64,000 bases of DNA from Raja brachyura (lineage: Eukaryota), in assembly GCA_963514005.1 (NCBI GenBank), contig OY740797.1, forward strand, positions 19,778,001 through 19,842,000, read 5' to 3'. Numbering within the stretch: position 1 is the stretch's first letter; every line of letters starts with the position of its first letter. The notes below the pieces were generated by a model. That model saw only the letters and a list, made by a program, of their open reading frames with translations. It had not been told where the DNA came from and ran no database searches. This document shows, in pieces, positions 47,933 to 60,600 of the stretch. The position numbers and the translations under genes are program-made.

Positions 47933-50900
47933 TCCGGTGGCGCCATGTTATCTTAACAGATGCTGCACACAGCTCCACTCCCTAAAATTCGCGCTTTTTC
48001 GCGTTAAAACCGGGTCTACAGGTCGGGACCAATTTAAAAAACTTATCAAAGCCTCTGCTCGACTTGCTGATAACATCATCAGTAACAGCTGTGAATTTAA
48101 CAGAGCTTAAAGCACTTTAAATGAAAAATTCTTCCCTGGGTAAGAGCAGTTACAAAACTCTCCTGGGGAAGCCAGACAAAGCCTGTAGATTTATTTTGAA
48201 GTGGCTTCCGAAGAAAAGGTGCTTTTCGATATGGCTATAAGATTCAAAGCAGATTTGGCTAAGGACAAAGAATTTGAAGAATTAAAGCTTTCGGTAAGTG
48301 AACTGAAAGATGTAAAGGTGGATGGAAAAAAGATGGAACACATGATGGGAGCTATGATGGAAAAGATAGAAAAGCTGATGTTAAATATGACTTCATGTAA
48401 TCAGAATGTTATTGAGTCATGCCATATCAGAGGCCAGCCATATTTCACAAGGATTCGATTGGCACTATTAATAAACGAATTGACGATGTGAGAGATGAAC
48501 TATCGGAGAGAATTGATAAGGGTGAAGAAGACACCATGAAGAAGTTCGGCACTGTGCTGGACACTATCAACCTGTATGTTAACAATGCACGAGATGGAGG
48601 ATGAGATGGCAAGAATGGTGGAGGAGATGAAGAAGGTGAGGTCAGAACAAGACCTTGCTACACGACGGATGGCGACTCAGCTGGCTAAAGTTTCAGACAA
48701 GTGTCTGGACCTCGAGGCTCATTCGAGACATCATAACCTAAGATTAGTTGGTGTACCAGAGGGAGCCGAGAGAGCTAACACTTGCGAGTTCATTGCGGGA
48801 TTAATTAAAGAGGCTCTTAAGCTCCCTAAACTACCAAAAATTGAAGCAGCACACGGGTTCCTAGATTCAAACACAAATCTCAGGATGGCTCAGAGCGTAC
48901 ACGACAGATTATTGTGAAATTCTGGGACGTTGCTGACGTGGAAGAGGTTATGAGGAATATCAAATATGGCGTGCCTCTGATGTATGGTGTAAAATCTTCT
49001 TTAAATTTTTCAGGGACTACCCTTATGAAATCATGCAAAAGCTAAATCAATTCTCTAAGGCAAAGCAGGCTCTCCAAGGATATAAGGAGGTCAGATATGG
49101 TGTTTACTACCCAGCTAGAATGCGCATTTCCTACAAAGAACAGCAAAAATCATTCACAAACCCGAGGAGGTGTACAAATATGCTCTACCCATCGTGGAAC
49201 AGAAGGACTAGCTGGAAAGGTTGGACATTTTGGACACTCTCTCTCTCTTTACTATTGCACCCAGAATGGTGGCACACTGCCCAAAGAAGGAACTTTGTTT
49301 AGACGTCTTATCGGCAGAATGCTAACTTAAAAGATTTGCACAATTTTACAAGAATCTGTATACATCTAAAACGAGAATGGACACCAACAAAGTTACAGAG
49401 TTCTTGGATAATTGTAACCTTCCTAAATTAAAGTTGCAGGAACAAGAGGAATTGGGAGCACAAATCTCAAATAAGGAAACAGAAGAAACAATAATCTCAT
49501 TAAAAAATGGAAAACCACCGGGTCCCGACAGATTTAGTAATTAATTCTATAAAAGTTTTTATGACATATTTACCCCCCCGCCTACAGAAAATGTATACTT
49601 ATGCCTTCAAAGAACAAATACTATCTGAAACACTAGCAGAATCCATGATCACACTAATACTTAAGAAAGATAAAGATGTGGAAGAACCTGGATCATACAG
49701 AGCTATTGCGTTGTTAAATACAGATAAAAAAATATTAGCAAAAATACTAGCTAGAAGACTAAGTAAATATGCTAGTAAATTAATACATCTGGATCAAACG
49801 GGGTTTATCCCTAAGAGACAATCATTTAATAATTTGAGACATCTGTTCAATATAATGCATTCACACCAAACTGAAGATCAAAAACTATCAATCATATCGT
49901 TGGATGCAGAGAAGGCATTCGATCAGGTCGAATGGGATTATATGCTCAGGGTATTGCAAGAATTTCAACTGGGAGAAAATTTTATTCTATGGATTAAATA
50001 TATATATAATAAGCCAACGGGCAGAATATTAACGAACAATAATTTATCTACAAAATTTCATTTGTCAAGATGAAATAGACAAGGATGTTCATTATCATCG
50101 TTGTTATTTGCCCTCACAATTGAACCCCTAGCGGAAAGATTTAGAACTCATCCGAATATCCATGGATATAAAACAAAATATTCCAATAATAAAATATCAC
50201 TATACGCTGGCGACGTACTATTGTACATCACAAAACCTCATATTACTATACCAAATATTTTTAAATTAATAGAGGACTTCGGATCATTCTCAGGATATAG
50301 AATAAATTGGAATAAAAGTGAAATCATGTCAATAAAACCGAAAGACTCTACGCATCTTTTACAGTTTCCTTTCAAAATAGCTATGGAAAAATTTAAATAC
50401 TTGGGCATTGAAATTACTAGAAGATATCAAGATATGTTTGACGAACATTATAACCCTCCACTTAAGAAACTATGTAACTTGGTTAAATTTTGGAGAATGC
50501 TTCGTATGTCCTTAATAGGCCGAATAAATGCCATAAAAATTATTTTTCTACCACAAATGTTATACCTGTTCCAATCTATCCCAATATATTTACCCAAAAA
50601 GTAAAAAAAAAAACTGGACTCAGATATCACAAATTTTATTTGGGATTATAAATCCCACAGAATACAAAGAGCTCATCTGAATAAACACAAAGTAGTAGGG
50701 GGATTAACACTCCCCAACTTTATGTATTACTACTGGTGTGTAAATATCAGAAACATGATCCAATTGCTGGATAACTCTCCCCATCCACCGGATTGGATGA
50801 TTATGGAGAGAGACGATTGCTCTCCTTATAATATTGGAGCAATCCTTCTCTCTCCAATAACGATGAATAATATAAATTACAACAGTAATCCAATTATATA

Positions 50901-52278
50901 CAGTACAATCAGAATTTGGAAACAAATAAAACACAATCTAAAATTAAGAAATTTATCTCTCTTATCTCCTATCGGTAAACACCCCTCATTTAAACCTTCA
51001 ACTATAGATAAAGCATTTATACAATGGGAAAGAGCTGGAATTAAAATCTTCGGAGATGTGTATGAATTGGGAAAGCTATTATCATTTAAACAAATACAAC
51101 TAAACAATCAGTATTTTAAATATTTCCAAATCTGTGACTATCTGAAAAAATACGCACAAGATTATCACAATATGCCTCCAGACTTACTGGAAGAAGTAAT
51201 GAATACAAAGTCAGAATCAGCAAACCTAATATCATATATATATATTATTATTCTAAATGCAGGAATACCCACAACAGATGGTATCAGGAGAGACTGGGAA
51301 AAATAATTAAGTATAAAAATTCCCAAAAAAAGGTGGGAAGAATATTTATTAAACGTGCATAAATGCTCAATTAATGTGAGACACACCTTAATACAATTTA
51401 ACATCTTACATAGATTATACTATTCAAAAACTCAAATAAGTAAACTTTTTCCCAACGTCTCTCCTATATGTGATAAATGTCAATGTCAAGAAGCTAATAT
51501 AGCACACTCATTTGTCTTTCGTAAAAAAATTCAAACATTTTGGACTGAAATTTTTGAAATTTTCACAAAAATATTTAAAATAAAACTGAACCCAGAAGCA
51601 GACTGGATAATCTTCAGGATATCGGAAGATTGCCCTGAATTAAATATGTTTCAAAAGACGCTATTTGAATATGGCTTACTAACTGGAAAAAAGCTAATCT
51701 TAAAATTCTGGTAAAACTCTCCAGTACCCACAGTCAATATGTTGATTTAATCTATGTTCGAAACACTATACTTGGAAGATATGAGACTCTGACTAGCAGG
51801 AAAATCAGACTGTTTCTATAAGATGTAGTCTGCATTTATAAATCTATTACAAGGATAAGGTGCAAGAATATCTCAAAAAAGTACCGGTGTCGGGTCTTGG
51901 TAGAGGGGGAAGAAAAACTGTTGAGTTGGTAGATTCCTTTTGCGAGATGTTTATAATAAAGTAACTGGCTTTTCTTTTTTCTTTCTCTATTTTTTCCTTT
52001 TTCTTTTTCTTTTTTTTTGTCCCCCTCTCCAGGGTCTATCTCTTAATTCCCGTTTCTAACTCTTCAAGGGTTTCCTTTCCCTCTGTCATGCTTTGGCACT
52101 TTCACATCTCTTTTTCACTTTTCTACTTTCTATGCTGCTATTTTTCTCTCTATTCTCTCTTTTCTAAAGCCTTAAAATGAAATAAAATGAAGGGGTACAA
52201 TGACTGTAATACAATACAAGGGATGTACACTGATGTAACTTACAGTACCGCTAATAAATAAAGATATATTTTTTTTAA
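47931..52278 (+). mobile_element. L1 with an intact 5' end, decayed ORF1, an internal deletion of the endonuclease region, and decayed RT
   Basis: 5' CTTCCGGTGGCGCCATGTT; DLEAHSRHHNLRLVGVPEG; YGVYYPARMRI; then SYRAIALLN, SLDAEKAFD, FKYLGI and QFNILHRL; AATAAA at about 52253. Confidence 0.93.
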
Positions 52279-53394
52279 ATCTCCTTTAGATAGAAGAAAC
52301 CAGACGTTGATTGGACAATTTGCCTTCGGGAATCAATATAACATTTTCAACTTTAAATAATTTGCTTTACCTTCATGTCACTTAAGAATTGATGTTGATT
52401 GTGTCTGCCACAGTTTCTACATTCCACTGTCCCAGAGGCAGAATCAAATTAGCAACAAATTACACGGCCATGGTATGTTCATCAAATCTAACCATGATTT
52501 TATTAGAGAATTCTCTTTTATTGCACCCATCATCCTCTTCAAAATCTTGGTATTCAATAGGCTAACACCTTTCTCTATTTCACAGTTCTGACCATGGATC
52601 TCTCGTCTGAAATATTAAACATTTTTCCCTCCAAAGTTGCAGTCTGACCGTTTCATCTATCCAACCGTTTTCATTTCCTATTTTTACATCGTTTTGTCTC
52701 AGTTTCTATTTCCCATGAAGTGTTATAGGCAAACTATTAATTTCCCAATTCGTTTGCAAAATGTAGAGTATTACAACATTCGTGATGTATAGAGTCAAGT
52801 AGAATTTATTGACATATGCAGAGGTCTGTACGGTACAGGTCCAAATTAAAGTTTGTATCCAGCAGCACCACATGCACATTGACTCAAACAATCTTATTCT
52901 TAGGCTCCGTTAGGTCATAGCTGACCATGGGTGTCTCCAGGGTGCTATACCCTATATGGAGGAAACCTGTGTGTGACTTTGTTTAATGTGGGGAGACTGG
53001 TGCACAGACAGCTACCCCACGATCCTTGACAGATCTGGGCCAGGATCCAGTGGCATGGGGTCACTAAACAATTTACACAAACCAATTATGGAATGAGGTT
53101 CATAAACAATGAATGTGTTTATACAGGGCCTTCGTGAAAGAACAGCTGAAGTGTGATGCTGTTTTTCTGAAGCGATCTGAGCTGATTAAAAAAATCAGGG
53201 CTTATTTTTACTTACCATCAGATACCCTCTACTTTTCAAAGTCATTCTTCATCATGCTGGTTGCAACCGAAGAGCCCCGTGCAAGAGCCTTCCCCCTTTT
53301 TTTAATGACCTCATCGGTGACCATCATCCAAACTTTGTAAACTTGCTTTTCCCTCATACCTGTAGACAGAATATGTTGATATTGGATTTTAAAA

Positions 53395-54282
53395 TAAACT
53401 AGACCAAGTGGGCCCCGTTGGGCCCCGTTCACCCAACGCGATATTCAATCACTCACCCATAGACCCCAACTGTGCAGACGCATCTGAGACTTTTAAACAT
53501 CAAAATGGCAATAACTTGTAAAAAATAAGATCAATGTGAATGCATCTGACTCTCCCTCTTCAGTCTCCTATTCCCCTCCTCCATTATCCTCCCTCTCCCC
53601 AGTCTCCACCAACCCTCCTCTGCTTCCCCCCTCAACCCTCCCCTCCTCCATTACTTTGCCATCCCTCTTCCTCCCCCAATCCTCCTCCCTTCCCCCTCAT
53701 CCCCAGCACTACCTCACCCTCCTCTTCACCCTCTACTTTTATCTCTCCTCCTCCTCTCCCCACTCCCTCCCTCACTTCTCCCTCCCTCTCCTTTCCCCTA
53801 CCCTCAGTCATTCCCTCCCTCCAGAAACCCTCTCCCCTCTATCCCCTCCTCCCCAACTCCTCAATCACCATACTCTCCCTCCTCACCTCCCCAGGATCTC
53901 GATGTCAACCCAGGCCGGCCCCGTTTTGCCACCATGTCGGTGACAAAGTTATATTTGAGGCAGGGGTTGTGGAGGGGGGGGGGGGGGGGGGGGGAAGTGG
54001 CCTGGAACCGGGGGAGGGTGAGGGAGAGGCCGAGGCTGCGGCCCACTCCTTGCCCCAGCCTCTCCTCCCTCCCTCCCTCCCCACGGACCCGGAGCAGCAG
54101 CAGCGCCGCCTCCAGACACAGACCCGTCCGCGGGTCGGCCACTCCCTCGGACCCACCACAGTGTGGATACTGGGCCCATTGCGCACGCACGGAGCTGACT
54201 GGCCTCCCTCAACTGGGCAGGCAGTTTTAAACTTTTTTTAAAGTTTTAAATGTCAATCACTTGTAAAATATCAATCTGAAGC
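53395..54282. repeat. Repeat element with a palindromic start and CT-rich/G-rich low-complexity tracts; related pieces at about 56210-56290, 56660-56777 and 57170-57560
   Basis: AACTAGACCAAGTGGGCCCCGTTGGGCCCC start. The CCCATAG.CCCCAACTG.GCAG motif recurs. Family assignment uncertain. Confidence 0.5.
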
Positions 54283-56646
54283 AAACATAGAAACATAGAA
54301 AATAGGTGCAGGCATAGGCCATTCGGCCCTTCGAGCCTGCACCGCCATTCAATATGATCATGGCTAATCATCCAACTCGGTATCCTGTACCTGCTTTCTC
54401 CCCATACCACCTGATCCCTTTAACCACAAGGGCTACATCTAACTCCCTCTTAAATATAGCCAATGAACTGGCCTCAACTACTTTCTGTGCCAGAGAATTC
54501 CACAGATCCACCACTCTCTGTGTGAAAAAAAATATTCTCATCTCGGTCCTGAAAGACTTCCCCCTTATCCTTAAACTGTGACCCCTTGTTCTGAACTTCC
54601 CCAACATCGGGAACAATCTTCCTGCATCTGGCCTGTCCAACCGCTTAAGAATTTTGTAAGTTTCTATAAGATCCCCCCTCAATCTTTTAAATTCTAGCGA
54701 GTACAAGCCAAGTCTATCCAGTCTTTCTTCATATGAAAGTCCTGCCATCCCAGGAATCAGTCTGGTGAACTTTCTCTGTACTCCCTCTATGGCAAGAATG
54801 TCTTTCCTCAGATTAGGAGACCAAAACTGTACGCAATACTCCAGGTGTGGTCTCATCAAGGTCCTGTACAACTGCAGTAGAACCTCCCTGCTCCTATACT
54901 CAAATCCTTTTGCTATGAATGTTAACATACCATTCCCTTTCTTCACTGCCTGCTGCACCTGCTTGCCTACTTTCAATGACTGGTGTACCATGACACCCAG
55001 GTCTTGTTGCATCTCCCCTTTTCCTAATCAGCCACCATTCAGATAAGAGTCTACTTTCCTGTTCTTGCCACCAAAGTCGATAACCTCACATTTATCCACA
55101 TTATACTGCATCTGCCATGCATTTGCCCACTCACCCAACCTATCCAAGTCACCTTGCAGCCTCCTAGCATCCTCCTCACAACTAACACTGCCCCCCAGCT
55201 TCGTGTCATCTGCAAACTTGGAGATAGTGCCTTCAATTCCCTCATCCACATCATTAATGTATATTGTAAATAGCTGGGGTCCCAGCACTGAGCCTTGCGG
55301 TACCCCACTAGTCACTGCCTGCCATTGTGAAAACGAACCGTTTACTCCTGCTCTTTGCTTCCTGTCTGCCAGCCAGTTCTCTATCCACATCAATACTGAA
55401 TCCCCAATACCGTGTGCTTTAAGTTTGCACACTAATCTCTTATGTGGGACCTTGTCGAAAGCCTTCTGAAAGTCCAGATACAACACATCCACTGGTTCTC
55501 CCTTATCCACTCTACATCCTTGAAAAATTCTATAAGATTCGCCAGACATGATTTACATTTCATAAATCCATGCTGACTTTGTCCAATGATTTCACCACTT
55601 TCCAAATGTGCTGCTATCCCATCTTTAATAACTGACTACCATTTTCCCCACTACCGATGTTAGACTAACTGGTCTGTATTTCCCCGTTTTCTCTCTCCCT
55701 CCATTTTTAAAAAGTGGGGTTACATTAGCTACCTTCCAATCCTCAGGAACTACTCCAGAATCTAAAGAGTTTTGAAAAATTATCACTAATGCATCCACTA
55801 TTTCTGGGGCTACTCCCTTAAGCACTCTGGGATGCAGCCTATCTGGCCCTGGGGATTTATCGGCCTTTAATCCATTCAATTTACCTAACACCACTTCCCG
55901 ACTAACCTGGATTTCACTCAGTTCCTCCATCTCATTTGACCCCCGGTCCGCTGCTATTTCTGGCAGAATATTTATGTCTTCCTTAGTGAAGACAGAACCA
56001 AATTAGTTATTTAATTGGTCTGCCATGTCCTTGTTCCCCATGATCAATTCACCTGTTTCTGACTGCAAGGGACGTACACTTGTTTTAACTAATCTTTATC
56101 TCTTCACATATCTATAAAAGCTTTTGCAGGCAGTTTTTATGTTCCCTGCCAGTTTTCTTTCATAATCTATTTTCCCTTTCCTAATTAAGCCCTTTGACCT
56201 CCTCTGCTGGACCCCCAACGCAACCCGTTCCACAAACACAATACACCAGCACTAACCCCTAGCCCCTAACTGCGCAGGTGTGGCTCATTTTCCCAGTCCT
56301 CTGGTAGGCTGCTTTTCCTGGCTAATTTGTATGCTTCATCTTTTGTTTTGATACTATCCCTGATTTCCCTTGTTATCCATGGATGCACTACCTTCCCTGA
56401 TTAATTATTTTGCCAAACTGGGATGAACAATTGTTGTAGTGCATCCATGCGGTCTTTAAATGCCTTCCAATGCATATCCACCATCAACCCCTTAAGAATC
56501 AATTACCAGTCTATCTTGGCCAATTCACGTCTCATACCCTCAAAGTTACCTTTCTTTAAGTTAAGAACCTTTGTTTCTGAATTAACTATGTAATTCTCCA
56601 TCCTAATGAAGAACTCAACCATATTATGGTGACTCTTGCCCAAGGG
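54283..56646 (-). mobile_element. CR1 LINE (5'-truncated, frameshifted)
   Basis: [23 protein letters not shown] and RPHLEYCVQFWSP, with a CATAGAAA tail. Confidence 0.95.
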
Positions 56647-56776
56647 CAATGACACTTGTTTCATTTACATCGCAGGACAATGGTGAGTAAGGTGGGCCAA
56701 AATACTAGTGCTATCATGTAACATTTTGGCGTAGTTTCAGGGACAAACGCTCACGCAAACAAACAAGATGAGTTTT

Positions 56777-57167
56777 AGAAACATAGAAACATAGAAATTA
56801 GGTGCAGGACTAGGCCATTCGGCCCTTCGAGCCTGCACCACCATTCAATATGATCATGGCTGATCATCCAACTCAGTATCCCGTACCTGCCTTCTCTCCA
56901 TACCCTCTGATCCCCTTAGCCACAAGGGCCACATCTAACTCCCTCTTAAATATAGCCAATGAACTGGCCTCAACTACCCTCTGTGGAAGAGAGTTCCAGA
57001 GACCCACCACTCTGTGTGAAAAAAGTCCTTCTCATCTCGGTCCTAAAGGATTTCCCCCTTATCCTTAAGCTGTGACCCCTTGTCCTGGACCTCCCCAACA
57101 TCGAGAACAATCTTCCTGCATCTAGCCTGTCCAACCCCTTAAGAATATTGTAAGTTTCTATAAGATC
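56777..57167 (-). mobile_element. CR1 3' end fragment
   Basis: Near-identical to the 3' ends at 40027, 45694 and 54283. Confidence 0.9.
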
Positions 57168-57639
57168 AAAACTAGTAATATAATATACTATAGTAATATA
57201 CTGGAGTAAATGGGACCCTCAACGCAACCCGTTCCACCAACACAATATTCCACTGCTAACCCATAGCCCCTAACTGCGCAGGTGCGGCTCATTTCCCCAA
57301 ATCCCACAGCATCCTCCTCTTCATGTGTGGGAGGGGAGGAGGGGAGGAGCGGAGGTGGGGTTGGAGGAGAGGAGGGGAGGGCATATGTGTGCGCGCAGGG
57401 AGGTGTACGGGGGGAGAGGGTGGTGTGGTGGAAAGGGGGATGTGGGGGAGGGTGGTATGTGGCGGTGGTGTATGGGGTGGGAGAGTAGGTGTGTATTTGT
57501 GTGGGAGGGGAGTGGGAGGGGGAGGAGGGTTCAGATATGTTATCGCCCTTTTTCGGCTGCCTTTGCGAAGTTTTGATGAATTAAAGTTACAACATGGGAA
57601 TAGATCTGTTGGCCCACCGAGTCCACGCCGACCACGAAT

Positions 57640-60600
57640 CAAGGCAAGGCAAATTTATTTATACAGCACCATTCGTACAAGCTGCAATTCATAGTGCTTT
57701 ACAAAAGAAACAAAAGAATAACATAGTTTAAAAACATTGCAGAACCACAATACAACACAGGACAACAAAATAGCCAATAATCAAAAATTACATAACAAGC
57801 AATAAGACAATTGCATGAATAGTAAAACAAAATCACTAAACCATGAAAACGATTTTAAAAGCACATAAAAGGGTTAAGATTAGAAGGTTAAGATTACCTG
57901 CATGTTGGGTTATGGAAAATTTAATCATAACGAATTTTTAAATCATAAATAAAAATTATGATTTTTATGAAACACCTAAAAATCAGTGTTTTTAGGCCTG
58001 ATTTAAATGAGGTTACAGTCTGTGCACACCTCAGGTGTTCATGGAGCTTGTTCCACAGGCGTAGAGCATAAAAACTGAACGCTGCTTCAGCCTTTTTAGT
58101 TCTGACCCTGGGAACACAGAGTAAACCTTTCCCTGAAGACCTGAGGAGTCTAGGTGCCTCATATACAACAAGAAGGTCAGTGATGTATTTTGGACCCAGA
58201 CCATTCAGTGCCTTGTAGGCCAATAACAGAATTTTAAAATCTATCTTTTTATACACAGGGAGCCAGTGCAAAGATTTAAGGACAGGTATAATGTGGTCCA
58301 TTTTCTTGGTGTTGGTCAAGACTCTGGCAGCGGCATTCTGGATAAGCTGCAGATGTTTAATTGATTTTACTGAGACCTGTAATGATGCCATTACAATAAT
58401 CTAACCTACTGAAAGTATATGCATAAACAAGTTTTTCAGTGTCTTCTTTGGACAGAAATCCCTTGATTCTTGCAATGCTTTTTAGATGGTAGTAGGCAGA
58501 TTTGGTAATGGTCTTTATATGGCTGTTAAAATTCAAATCCGAGTCCATAACTACACCAAGGTTTCTGGCTTTGTCTGTGGTTTTCAGTGTGATTGAGTCA
58601 AGTTGAGCACTTATCTCTAGCCTTGTATTTTTGGGACCAAAGACAATAATTTCTGTCTTATTTGCATTGAGCTGGAGGAAGTTCTTGTTCATCCACTCAT
58701 TGATTTGTTTGACACACTGACTCAGTGAGTGTAGGGGACTATGGTCATGTGGTGACACTGCGATATAAAGTTGTGCGTCATCAGCATAAGTATGGTAGGA
58801 TATGTTAAAATACTCCATGATCTGAGCTAGGGGGAGCATATAAATATTGAACAAGATGGGTCCAAGAATGGAGCCCTGGGGAACCCCGCATGTGAGTTTT
58901 GTATGTTCTGATTCATAATTACCAAGGGAAACAAAATAATCCCGATCTTTCAAGTAGGATTTGAACCAGTCCAGCACGGAACCAGAGAGACCTACCCACT
59001 TCTCCAGTCTGTCAAGCAGTATGTTATGGTCCACCGTATCAAAAGTAGCACTGAGATCTAGAAGTACCAAAACTGAAGCTTTTGATGCATCACTGTTTAG
59101 ATGTATGTCGTTTAGGACCTTAGTAAGTGCAGTCTCAGTGCTGTGATGTGGCCGAAATCCCGACTGGAAAACATTAAAAATATTGTTTTGGATCATAAAG
59201 CTGTAAATTTGTTTATAAACTACCCTTTCAATGATCTTTGCCAGAAATGCTAAATTAGATATGGGCCTGTAGCTGCCCATAGCTGAGGCATCCAGATTTG
59301 GCTTCTTCAATAGGGGCTTGATCACTGCAGTTTTTAAGGCTTTGGGAAAATGCCCCAATCGAAGGGACGAGTTTACTATGTTCAGCACTTCTGGTGTAAC
59401 ACTGTTAAAAATATTTTTTTCACTGTTAAGAATATTTCGGAGTGGCGGCGCTGCTTGTCAGCTGCGGCTCACCTGCAGTCCGTCTGTCTTTTATTTTATT
59501 TTTGTCCTCGTCCCTGTTTTTGGTGTTTATTTTTGGTTTGTTGGGTTGTGTATGTGTGTGGGTGGGGGGGGGGGAGGGTGGGAGAAACGGGGTTTTAGTC
59601 TCTCCCTTCGGGGGGATGCGACTTTTCCTGTCGTGTCCCCCGACACCGTCTCCGTCTGTGCTGAGGCCCTGGTGACGGCCTTCCAGCTTCCAGCGGCGGC
59701 GCCACGGCCTTCAGAGCTTCAGCAGCGACCTGGCTTCCGGCGGCGACCTGGTTTTCGGGAGGTGCGGTGCTCCAGCGGCAGCCTGGGTTTGGGGAGCTGC
59801 GGTGCTCCAGCGGCGGCCTGGCTCCCTCTGAGCTGCGGTGCTCCAGCGGCGGCCTGGCTCCCTCTGAGCTGTGGTGCTCCAGCGGCGGCCTGGGTTTCGG
59901 GAGCTGCGGTGCTCCAGCGGCGGCCTGGCTCCCTCTGAGCTGCGGTGCTCCAGCGGCGACCTGGGTGTCGGGAACTGCGGTGCTCCAGTGGCGGCCTGGC
60001 TCCCTCTGAGCTGCGGTGCTCCAGCGGTGGCCTGGCTCCCTCTGAGCTGCGGTGCTCCAGCGGCGGATGAGTTTCGGGAGCTGCGGTGCTCCAGCGGTGG
60101 CCTGGCTTTCGGGAGCTGCGGTGCTCCAGCGGCGGCCTGGCTCCCTCTGAGCTGCGGTGCTCCAGCGGCGGTTTGGGTTTCGGGAGCTGCGGTGCTCCAG
60201 CGGCGACCTGGGTTTCGGGAGCTGCGGTGCTCCAGCGGTGGCCTGGCGTTCGGGAGCTGCGGTGCTCCAGCAGCGGACTGGGTTTCGGGAGCAGCGGTGC
60301 TCCAGCGGCGGACTGGCTTTCGGGTGCTGCGGTGCTCCAGCGGTGGCCTGGCTTTCGGGAGCTGCGGTGCTCCAGCGGCGGCCTGGCTTTCGGGAGCTGC
60401 GGTGCTCCAGCGACGTTCCGGCGGCGGGCCCTGTGGCGGTGTTCCGGCGTTCCGGCGTCAGCGGTAGCGGCGGCCTGGATCCCCTCAGCGCAGAGGGAGA
60501 ATAAGGAGGGGAGAAAAGACAGAGACCCTAAGACTTTTGCCTTCCACCACAGTGAGGAGGTGTTTGGTGAACTCACTGTGGTGGATGTTAATTTTGTGTT

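Larger units (their letters stand above)
45318..53220 (+). repeat. Tandem duplication of an approximately 1.1-kb unit (copy 1 45318-47547 holds a CR1; copy 2 47547-53220 holds an L1)
   Basis: CATTCGGGCCTG...AATCAGGGCTTA.TTT.ACTTACCATC occurs twice once the inserts are removed. Confidence 0.9.

Noticed and set aside
59710-60420. Regular repeats of about 33 bp resembling a CRISPR array, with long ORFs in several frames
   Set aside because: The context is eukaryotic, with no unique spacers or cas genes. It is a GC-rich minisatellite whose ORFs arise from a lack of stop codons.
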